NCBI GenBank assembly: GCA_028282885.1
Contig: JANQGX010000058.1
Coordinates: 68,078-132,077 of the forward strand
Source: SAR324 cluster bacterium
GTDB lineage: Bacteria > SAR324 > XYD2-FULL-50-16
DNA: 64,000 bases
Reading direction: 5' to 3'
The position numbers and the translations under genes are program-made. Numbering within the stretch: position 1 is the stretch's first letter; every line of letters begins with the position of its first letter. The notes below the pieces were generated by a model. It worked only from the letters and a program-made list of their open reading frames with translations. It made no database searches and was not told where the DNA came from. Below are positions 1 through 8,060 of this stretch, piece after piece.

Positions 1-260
1 TTTTTAAGTCGGCTATGTAATTAAAATAATCTCTCTAAAAAATATTAAAATGTTTTTTAGTAAATCTATTTATATATAATATATTATAAATTATCTTACA
101 ATATATTATACTTAAAATAAAAAATATATTTACTTAATTATAAGTATAAAAATTTATATTACTAATATAATATTTTATATTTCTATTGAACATTAAACTA
201 ATATTTACAGTATATGCAATAGATCAACAACAAGAGGCATGATGAACGTTCTGAAATTAA
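1..260. other. Extremely AT-rich non-coding tract at the window edge (roughly 10-15% GC against ~45% background). Contains reiterated atatat/tataa motifs and no ORF.
   Basis: Direct reading of the sequence. No ORF of 60 aa or more. The composition is sharply different from the rest of the window. Confidence 0.5.
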
Positions 261-261
261 G

Positions 262-1185
262 ATGGTAAAAAACCGTATTATGGAAATTTCTCAAATAAAT
301 ACAGATACTTGCTGGGTAGATTTACACACCCATACTACCAAATCAGATGGTACTGTTCCCCCGCTTGATCTACTGGCAAATGCGATAAAAGATAGGATTA
401 AAATCTTTGCCATTACAGATCATGATAGTGTTGAAGGGATTAGGGAAATATACTCATCTCCTTTGGACAATCTGCCCCCGGGTGATCTTAAGTTTGTAAC
501 CGGTGTTGAGATCAGCGCAAAACATAAAGGTGGGGTCCTTCATATTCTGGGTTATGGCATTGATATCGAAAATGCCTTGTTAAGAGACCAATTGTTCAAA
601 ATGCAAAATATCAGGAAAACAAGGAATCAAAAAATATTAGACAAGCTGAATTCCCTGGGAATCGAAATCAGTGCTGAATACTTACCAGGTGACGAGCAGA
701 CGGGAAACAGCGTGGGAAGACCACATATCGCCAAAATGATGGTAGAAAAAGGGTTTGTTGGCAGTATTGATGAAGCATTTGACGATTACTTGAAAAAAGG
801 GGCCAAAGCTTTTGTGGAAAAGGAGCTGCTTTCCCCACAGCAGTCGATTGATTTGATACACCAGGCCGGGGGAAAAGCGATCCTGGCTCATCCGGTGACC
901 CTGAACCTCGGATCTGATGATTTCATCACCTTCATAAAGAGACTAATTAAATCGGGGCTTGATGGTCTTGAGGTTTTTGCTTCACTCCATACAGACGAGC
1001 AAACTGAGTTTTTCAAAAGCACTGCTTTGTCTCATGAACTCTTGATTTCAGCAGGATCAGATTTTCATGGAAGCATCAAACCGGAAATTACCCTTGGTGC
1101 TTGTCGTAGAGGAAACAGAATAAAAGCGGCAGACATTTCCGAAGAGCTAATTGATTTGGCGTACGATGTTAAATCCGGGGATTAG
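262..1185 (+). CDS. PHP-domain (polymerase/histidinol-phosphatase-like) metal-dependent phosphoesterase
   Basis: N-terminal WVDLHTHTTKSDG motif and the downstream His/Asp pattern typical of the PHP family (TrpH/YciV-like). Confidence 0.8.
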   Translation: MVKNRIMEISQINTDTCWVDLHTHTTKSDGTVPPLDLLANAIKDRIKIFAITDHDSVEGIREIYSSPLDNLPPGDLKFVTGVEISAKHKGGVLHILGYGIDIENALLRDQLFKMQNIRKTRNQKILDKLNSLGIEISAEYLPGDEQTGNSVGRPHIAKMMVEKGFVGSIDEAFDDYLKKGAKAFVEKELLSPQQSIDLIHQAGGKAILAHPVTLNLGSDDFITFIKRLIKSGLDGLEVFASLHTDEQTEFFKSTALSHELLISAGSDFHGSIKPEITLGACRRGNRIKAADISEELIDLAYDVKSGD

Positions 1186-1275
1186 GTCTTCTCCGGTATC
1201 CAAGGCAACTCTTGCCCGACCATATGAAGATCGAATAAACTTAAAAAAACGGATCAATACACCGGGATCAATCTA

Positions 1276-1506
1276 ATGTCATCAATCATACAAAAAGTCG
1301 CATATCGCAAAGAGGATGCAAAACAGCTTGCCGAAAAGCTGGGGGAGCTGTTGGGGGTTCACCAACTTGAGATTACCACCAAAGATGGTACCGTGTTGAA
1401 CGGGGTTATCTCTGAAGTCGGTGAAGATTACATCTGTTTGATCGAAGGAGAATTCGACACGGTTCTGCCTATCTCAAACATACTGTTTTTTCGGTTCCAG
1501 CATTAG
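1276..1506 (+). CDS. Small hypothetical protein, 76 aa
   Basis: Intact ORF with plausible spacing after the PHP gene. No recognisable motif. Confidence 0.35.
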   Translation: MSSIIQKVAYRKEDAKQLAEKLGELLGVHQLEITTKDGTVLNGVISEVGEDYICLIEGEFDTVLPISNILFFRFQH

Positions 1507-1554
1507 TCCGAACTTGATATTTCATAGCAAACAGTACAATCTCTCCCGATACGC

Positions 1555-2310
1555 TCACACGATGCTCTGTCCTCCATCCACAACGATCGTTTGTCCAGTG
1601 ATGAAGCTTGCGCCCTCTGATGCTAGAAACAACACCGGATGGACAACATCCGAGGGTTCCGCAATTCTGCCTGCGGGGATACCCTTACAGATCTCCTGAT
1701 GGAGTTGTTCATTTGACCAGAATGGTTCACTGAATTTCGTCTTCACCATGCCCGGAGCAACAGAATTAACCTGGATGTTGGAAGCTGCTAATTCTGAAGC
1801 CAGCACTTTTGTCATCATTTCTATTCCGGCTTTGGCAATGCCATAGACTCCCATTCCGGGTGATGATTTTCTGGCCGCCAGTGACGAAATACTAACAATC
1901 TTTCCATGTCCTTGTGTCTTCATTAATTGAGCTGCCTTTCTTGAGCAGAGGTAGGTGCCATTTAGATTTGAGTCAATGATCTTTTGCCAGAGCGCCGGTT
2001 CGGTATCTGCCAGGGAGGCTGTCAGGATGTTCATACCAACATTGTTGATTAAAATATCAAATCTCGAAAATTTTTCCTGAACCCTTTCAAACAGATGTTC
2101 AACCTCCTCCTGTCTTGCAATGTGTGCCTGGATAGCAAGCACTCGGTCTGATTGTCCCAGACTCTCCATAGCAGCGTCCAAACCTTCTTTTTTCCTGGCA
2201 CAGATGACTACCCTGGCATTTTCAACGAGCAGTTGTCGTGCGATTTCCAAACCGATACCTCTGCTGCCACCAGTTACAACAACCACTTTTTCACTCAGAT
2301 TGTATTTCAT
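1555..2310 (-). CDS. SDR-family NAD(P)-dependent oxidoreductase
   Basis: VVVVTGGSRGIG Rossmann motif near the N-terminus and an S...YxxxK catalytic region (YGIAK). The start was chosen at the internal Met, MKYNLSEK. Confidence 0.85.
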   Translation of the reverse strand: MKYNLSEKVVVVTGGSRGIGLEIARQLLVENARVVICARKKEGLDAAMESLGQSDRVLAIQAHIARQEEVEHLFERVQEKFSRFDILINNVGMNILTASLADTEPALWQKIIDSNLNGTYLCSRKAAQLMKTQGHGKIVSISSLAARKSSPGMGVYGIAKAGIEMMTKVLASELAASNIQVNSVAPGMVKTKFSEPFWSNEQLHQEICKGIPAGRIAEPSDVVHPVLFLASEGASFITGQTIVVDGGQSIV

Positions 2311-3010
2311 GCCTGTCATTTGTTTCTCCATCTTTGTGTTTTTGAAAAACCAGGAATACACCTCCGTGCCCTGATTCCATAAACCGATATGGTTTTGTGC
2401 AACATAATGTGAACTGTGACTTGAGTTCCTCCTTCACCTCATCATATTCAAGACTCCAATTTTGCCCTTTCCACAGGATGATATGTCCTCCCGGTCTAAG
2501 AAGAGGAGCACTATAAGTTAATACACCCTTTATTTGATCAAAAGCTCTTGATATAATGACGTCGTATCTCGACTTTTGTTTCTGATTTTTGACAACATTC
2601 TCCAGTCGGTCTTTTAATACAATTACATTTGATAGGCGAAGAGACCTGATAACCGTTTCCTGAAAGAGGATCTTTTTCCCGGATTTGTCCAGGGAGGTCA
2701 GGTGAATCCGGGGATCGCATATGGCGAGGATTATTCCAGGAATACCTGCACCCGATCCCAAATCCATAACACGACCAGTAAGATATGGTTGATTTGTGGC
2801 AGTGTTGTGCAGACTAAGTACTGCCAAAGCATCAAAGAGATGTTTGACAACCATTTCATTTTGAGAGCGAATTGCAGTCAGGTTTACTTTTTTGTTCCAT
2901 TTGGTTAGAAGCTGCAAAAAACCATCAAGCAGCTCAATTTTTTCCAAGGAAATATTCAATTGCGGAAACTCTTTTTCGATTTTCTCTCTAATTTGGACTG
3001 TTTTTCGCAT
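2291..3010 (-). CDS. rsmG: 16S rRNA (guanine527-N7)-methyltransferase RsmG (GidB)
   Basis: LLxxWNKKVNLTAIR N-terminal signature and the DLGSGAGIPGI SAM-binding motif. Start chosen at MRKTVQ. Confidence 0.85.
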   Translation of the reverse strand: MRKTVQIREKIEKEFPQLNISLEKIELLDGFLQLLTKWNKKVNLTAIRSQNEMVVKHLFDALAVLSLHNTATNQPYLTGRVMDLGSGAGIPGIILAICDPRIHLTSLDKSGKKILFQETVIRSLRLSNVIVLKDRLENVVKNQKQKSRYDVIISRAFDQIKGVLTYSAPLLRPGGHIILWKGQNWSLEYDEVKEELKSQFTLCCTKPYRFMESGHGGVFLVFQKHKDGETNDRHEIQSE

Positions 3011-3219
3011 ATCCCACGCATAATGACGACTAAGCGATAGAAATAACAATAAAATCGGACTTATTGTTATAAAATAACAAGCAAAAGGTCGGACGTTAAC
3101 TCTCGATACAGCAAACTACCTCTTCACAAAAACGAACTAAGAGGTAGCATAAGGAAAAAATGGGTTTGTCACAATACCATTTCTAGTAGAACACAATTGA
3201 AAGTAGACAGGAGCCGGTA

Positions 3220-5286
3220 ATGGCAAAAGAAGCTGCAGAAGATTTCGATCTGGACGGACTTGACGATTTGGATCTTGGAGATGATATCGATCTGGATTTG
3301 GATGATGATAGTTTAAATCTTGATGATGTTGATGTTGGATCATCCGATGATGACCAAGAGTCAGACGTCGATCTTGATGACAACCTTCTGGATGATCTGG
3401 ACCTGGGAGATACACTTTCGGAAGATGGTGCAATAGAGGCCGAAGCTGCCCTTTCTGTCGACGACGAATTGCAAATAGATGATATAGCCGACGTTGGAGA
3501 TGATCTCGAGGGGATGGACTTAAGCGATGACATAAACCTGGATGACTCTGCGGATCTTGGCGGCGATATGGACGATATTCCGGATATTGAGGGTGAAGTT
3601 GGCGATGCCGATCCGGATGCAGGGCTTGATGGCGATTTGGATCTGGATATGCCGGATGACGACGATATCGATCTTGACCTACCAGAAGGTGAAGATATTG
3701 ATATTGCCGGCGATGCAGATCTTGATTTAGCTGACGGGGAAATGACGGTCGATACGGACATGGACGGTGATTTGGATCTGGATCTTGGCACAGACGAGGA
3801 ACTTGCTGAAAGTGAGTTAGATTTGGGTGATACCGATATCGAGGGTGATTTGGATATGGACCTTGCTGACGATGGTGACCTGGAAACTGATCTTGATCTG
3901 GACATGCCTGAGGAGAGTGGTCTGGATGAGGAGACAGAGCTGGATCTTTCGGATGATCCCGGTCTGGAATCAGATCTGGATTTGGAAAGCAGTGATGATG
4001 AAGGAGGTGATCTCGATCTTGATGTCTCCCTGGATGGAGAATCAGATGACGATCTTGATCTGGATGTCTCCTTGGATGAAGAATCAGATGGCGATCTAGA
4101 TCTTGATGTCTCCCTGGATGAGGAAGACAGTGATGACCTTGCAGTACCTGATGACGAAATAGCTGAAGATGGGGCCGGAGATGAAATTCTGGAGTTATCT
4201 GATGACGATGAAGTTTTGGGCGAAGACGCTGTTGAAGCAGATGTTGGTTTGGATTTGGAGTTGTCTGAAGAGGAGGTAACCCTTGATGAAGATTTGGACA
4301 TGGATCTGTCGGACGAAGATGCTGTTTCCGAAGGCGATGATTTGATGATGGAAGAGGAAGAGGTGCCTGTCGAGCCTGAAGTTGAAAAGGAAGGTGAAGA
4401 TGCTCATCTGGATCTTTCATCATTAGAGGATGAGCTGGGGTTGGATGAATCAGAGATAGTAAAGGCGCCGGAAGTTGAAGAAATTAAAGATGTCGAATCA
4501 GATGATGAACTCGAAAGAGAACTGGCCAGCTTTTCCGAAAATGTAAATGGAGGTGCGGAAACAGAAGAAGACGAAGGCCTGGTGCTTGACGAGTCTATGG
4601 TTGTCCAGAAAATAGAACCGGAACTTGCCGGTGAAGAGCCAGAGGATGTCCCCAGTTTTATGAAAGACAGCGGAGAAGAGGAAAGCCTCATGGAAGAGGA
4701 AATCAGCGTAGAGGGCGATGATCTTGAATTTGATGCTGGCACAGATGAGGATCTGGATTTGACCGGGGAGGTGTTTGGCGACGATGACATCGACGAAAGC
4801 CAGATTCAAATTGAGGAAGTGGAAGATGACATGGGTGATGATGATGAAGACATGTTGAGTCTTCCGGAACTGGAAGATGACGAAGAGATTTTGGATCTTT
4901 CAGCCGAAGAAGACGATGAACCTGTTATGGTTGAAGTACATGACGATTTTGCAGATGACGCCCAGGAGGGGAGTTTCGAAGAAACAGATACATCTCAGAC
5001 CTTTGAAACAGTACCTGCCGCAACCATAGATAAACCTTCAGCCAAACCGCTGGTTGGACAGGAACTCTTATTAAATCTGAAACACACACTAACCGTAGAA
5101 ATCGGAAAATCGATCCTCAAAGGCCAGGAGATTACCGAGTTATCTTATGGCTCCGTTATTGAGTTGGATAAGAAAATCGGAGATCCGGTTGAAATCATCC
5201 TGGGTGACAAATCAATAGCCCGGGGAGAAGTGGTTCAGATCAATGAAGATCAGTTGGGTGTAAGAATCACAGGCATTAACTTCTAG
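3220..5286 (+). CDS. FliN/SpoA-domain protein with a very long polyacidic (D/E/L-rich), repeat-containing N-terminal region
   Basis: The last ~80 aa (LLLNLKHTLTVEIGKSILKGQEITELSYGSVIELDKKIGDPVEIILGDKSIARGEVVQINEDQLGVRITGI) match the FliN/SpoA C-ring domain. Residues 1 to ~600 are low-complexity DLDLD/EE repeats. There is a good RBS (AGGAG) upstream. Confidence 0.7.
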   Translation: MAKEAAEDFDLDGLDDLDLGDDIDLDLDDDSLNLDDVDVGSSDDDQESDVDLDDNLLDDLDLGDTLSEDGAIEAEAALSVDDELQIDDIADVGDDLEGMDLSDDINLDDSADLGGDMDDIPDIEGEVGDADPDAGLDGDLDLDMPDDDDIDLDLPEGEDIDIAGDADLDLADGEMTVDTDMDGDLDLDLGTDEELAESELDLGDTDIEGDLDMDLADDGDLETDLDLDMPEESGLDEETELDLSDDPGLESDLDLESSDDEGGDLDLDVSLDGESDDDLDLDVSLDEESDGDLDLDVSLDEEDSDDLAVPDDEIAEDGAGDEILELSDDDEVLGEDAVEADVGLDLELSEEEVTLDEDLDMDLSDEDAVSEGDDLMMEEEEVPVEPEVEKEGEDAHLDLSSLEDELGLDESEIVKAPEVEEIKDVESDDELERELASFSENVNGGAETEEDEGLVLDESMVVQKIEPELAGEEPEDVPSFMKDSGEEESLMEEEISVEGDDLEFDAGTDEDLDLTGEVFGDDDIDESQIQIEEVEDDMGDDDEDMLSLPELEDDEEILDLSAEEDDEPVMVEVHDDFADDAQEGSFEETDTSQTFETVPAATIDKPSAKPLVGQELLLNLKHTLTVEIGKSILKGQEITELSYGSVIELDKKIGDPVEIILGDKSIARGEVVQINEDQLGVRITGINF
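4006..4134 (+). repeat. Three tandem 42-bp in-frame repeats. Each unit encodes GDLDLDVSLD(G/E)ESD.
   Basis: Near-identical 42-nt units begin at 4006, 4048 and 4090. Confidence 0.8.
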
Positions 5287-5331
5287 AAGTAAATAAACAG
5301 GCCTTTAAGGCTCTCCATCAAGATAACAGAC

Positions 5332-6294
5332 ATGGCAGAAATCGTTGTCAAACCTTATGATATAACAAACGGTGAAAAGGTAACCTATGGCTATTACTCA
5401 GCACTGGAGGCCGTATTTCACCAGTTTACCGACAAACTTGAATCGTTTATGTATGACGAGTTCAAACTGGTTTTTGACTTCGAATTTGCCATTAAAACAG
5501 GAAATAAATTCCAGCAGGTGCTGGACGGTATTCATCAACCCTCATCGATCTTTATCTTGGGTATTTCGCCCCTGATGAGAGATTCCCTTCTCAAAGTCGA
5601 TAATCGCTATATCAATCTCATCTTAGCCAAGTCATCTCTGTTCAGAGAAGGTAAAGTGGTTGTTAACGACAGATATTCTTTAGCCGACACCAACAGCAAA
5701 GAGGTTAAAGAGCACATGGAGCAGATGTTAACATTGTTCCAGGGTAGTTGGAGCAAAATACAGGAGGTTGAATGTAGTTTGAAACGGTTGGTGTCCAATA
5801 AAATCAAAGCCAAAATCATGGATTCTACTGAATCCTGTGTTGAAGTCATTGTGACCATGAAGCAGAATAAATTTGCAGCAAACCTGGAGTTCTGCTTTTC
5901 AACGTATCAACTGGATCGGATTATTGAAAAAAGAGGATCCAGGGGACTGCTGGCCACTGGTGAAGAACAACCCTATGACAGTGGAATAAAGGAGTATCTC
6001 ACCAATCTGCTGTTAAATGAGTCCAGCTTTGAACTTAAGGGTGTACTTGGCACAATTGACCTCTCTTCAAAGGATCTGGTTGAGTCATTTGAACAGAAAA
6101 AGGTCATTCCCGTAAAAAACAGTGTGGGATCGCATGCGGTCGTGGAATTGGATAATACCCCAATTCTTGCTGCTGATATAGGCGAGACTTCCGGTTCGAT
6201 ATCCCTTCAGGTGAAGGATAGTTATTCTTCAATGGAAACAGAAAGTCAGAAGACTAAAAAACGGTTCTCACAGATCAGTTTTTCCAACAAATAG
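5332..6294 (+). CDS. FliM-like protein (CheC-like middle domain plus a C-terminal SpoA-like segment). It lacks the N-terminal CheY-P-binding peptide.
   Basis: Recalled similarity to E. coli FliM in three places. VKPYDITNGEK resembles IRPYDPNTQRR. MEQMLTLFQGSWSKIQEVE resembles INRMLKLALEGYSDAWKAINPLEVE. EVIVTMKQNKFAANLEFCFSTYQLDRII resembles the GEFNICLPFSMIEPL region. The C-terminal segment GTIDLSSKDLVESF...VVELDNTPIL resembles a SpoA domain. Confidence 0.5.
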   Translation: MAEIVVKPYDITNGEKVTYGYYSALEAVFHQFTDKLESFMYDEFKLVFDFEFAIKTGNKFQQVLDGIHQPSSIFILGISPLMRDSLLKVDNRYINLILAKSSLFREGKVVVNDRYSLADTNSKEVKEHMEQMLTLFQGSWSKIQEVECSLKRLVSNKIKAKIMDSTESCVEVIVTMKQNKFAANLEFCFSTYQLDRIIEKRGSRGLLATGEEQPYDSGIKEYLTNLLLNESSFELKGVLGTIDLSSKDLVESFEQKKVIPVKNSVGSHAVVELDNTPILAADIGETSGSISLQVKDSYSSMETESQKTKKRFSQISFSNK

Positions 6295-6472
6295 CCTTCT
6301 ACCCCCGGCTATTCTCCAATTATATACCAGATTTCTGATTGTCCTTCCTATCCGTACAGATCTTAATTGACACCTTTCCCGCCGCGCTGTAAAAATAGCT
6401 CAAGAAATTCAACACATCATCTGCCCGTTTCCCGCCATTTTTAATTGATATCCTTATACATTTAATTATTTT

Positions 6473-8059
6473 ATGCGCTTTTTGTTAATAAACCCGTTTT
6501 GCCCAATAACCGAGGGACCCACCCCTCCCCTGGGAATCTCTTTTCTTGCAGCAGCACTGGAGAGAGCCGGGGTTGAGGTACGAATTTTAGATTTTACAGT
6601 TTTCCCTTATAGCAAAGGCTTTTTGGAGACCGTTCTGAATGAGTTCCAGCCCTCAATGGTCGGATCTACTTCTGTTACCATGACTTTCGATTACGCTATT
6701 GAAACCATTAGAGATATCAAGCAAATCTCACCTGATATTCTAACCGTAATGGGCGGTCCCCATGTGTCCTTCTGCTATGAAGAGACCTTGAGAAAGTTTC
6801 CTGAACTGGATTTTATTGTCGCAGGAGAGGGAGAAGAGACGATTGTTGAGTTGGCTTCTGAAGCCGGGGGAATGAAAGCGTGGAAGCAAATCAATGGGCT
6901 GATATTCCGGGACGGGGACAAGATCCTGGTTAACGAACCCAGGGGATTTCTCGATGTGAATACGCTGCCGATGCCTGCACGCCATTTACTGCCTCTTGGC
7001 AGGTATCGCGCTTTACACACACCAATCAGCATGACCACAAGCCGGGGCTGTCCGTTTCATTGTATTTTCTGCGTGGGCCGGAAGATGGTGGGGGCCAGAG
7101 TTCGGTACCGTGATACCAAGCTGGTAGTGGACGAACTCGAATACCTGTCGACACTGAACTTCCCGCAAATTAATATCTCCGATGACCTGTTTACAGCCCG
7201 AAAATCTCATTGTATAGCGATCTGTGATGAGATCATGAAAAGAGACCTCTCCATCACCTGGTCCTCTTTTGCAAGGGTTGATACGGTTTCACCGGAGCTG
7301 CTGGCAAAGATGAAAGAAGCAGGGTGCAGAACCGTTAGCTTCGGTGTGGAGACAGCCAATGCGGAGATTTTGAAAACCATTAAAAAGGGAATCACGCTTG
7401 AAAAAGTGAAAAGGGCAATTAGGTTTTGTGTTGAAGCCGGGATAGAACCCCATGTCTCTTTTATTCTGGGCCTGCCTGGAGAATCACCCCAAACGCTTGA
7501 GGAGACCAAAGATTTTGGCAAGGAGATTGAAGAATTAGGCGCCTGTTACGGGTTTCATCTATTGGCTCCCTTTCCCGGTACCGCTGTCCGAGACAATAAT
7601 GAGGACTACGATTTGAGCATCCTTACCGAGGATTGGAAACAGTATCATGCTAATCGGGCTATTGTAGAAACTGAACAGGTTGGAAAAGAAGTGCTGAATG
7701 CAATCGCAGAAGAGTGGGATTATGAAACTCAAAACAAACTGGCTGAAATCAAACAGCGTATTGACCAGGGAACAGCTACAGATGATGAAGCCTGGCAGGT
7801 AATCAACCTTGATCGATTTCTGTTCATCTACCAGATGATGATGGAGAATACCCTGGAAAACCATGGAAGCTGGATAAACGGAACTCCGTTTGCTTCAGAC
7901 TCGGCCGCCTTGAAAGATCTTGCGAGACGAATTCATGGTCCCATGGGGAAAACTGAACCCGAAGCTTTGGCTATTCTGCAATATGCTTTTGAACGGGGGA
8001 GTATTGAGTATGCAGATGTCGACAACAGGGTTGTCTGGAATTGGCAGAAATTGGATTGA
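6473..8059 (+). CDS. B12-binding-domain radical SAM protein with an extra C-terminal region of ~150 aa
   Basis: N-terminal MRFLLINPF B12-like Rossmann domain and a canonical CPFHCIFC (Cx3Cx2C) radical SAM motif. Confidence 0.85.
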   Translation: MRFLLINPFCPITEGPTPPLGISFLAAALERAGVEVRILDFTVFPYSKGFLETVLNEFQPSMVGSTSVTMTFDYAIETIRDIKQISPDILTVMGGPHVSFCYEETLRKFPELDFIVAGEGEETIVELASEAGGMKAWKQINGLIFRDGDKILVNEPRGFLDVNTLPMPARHLLPLGRYRALHTPISMTTSRGCPFHCIFCVGRKMVGARVRYRDTKLVVDELEYLSTLNFPQINISDDLFTARKSHCIAICDEIMKRDLSITWSSFARVDTVSPELLAKMKEAGCRTVSFGVETANAEILKTIKKGITLEKVKRAIRFCVEAGIEPHVSFILGLPGESPQTLEETKDFGKEIEELGACYGFHLLAPFPGTAVRDNNEDYDLSILTEDWKQYHANRAIVETEQVGKEVLNAIAEEWDYETQNKLAEIKQRIDQGTATDDEAWQVINLDRFLFIYQMMMENTLENHGSWINGTPFASDSAALKDLARRIHGPMGKTEPEALAILQYAFERGSIEYADVDNRVVWNWQKLD

Positions 8060-8060
8060 A

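Noticed and set aside
3137-4423. Long minus-strand ORFs (428 aa and 372 aa; also 4404..4790) antisense to the acidic-repeat gene. They translate as His/Pro/Arg/Leu- or Ser-rich low-complexity sequence.
   Set aside because: These are artefacts of reading the reverse complement of GAT/GAA/CTG-rich repeats. There is no RBS and no protein-like composition. The plus-strand gene has a clear RBS and a conserved C-terminal domain.
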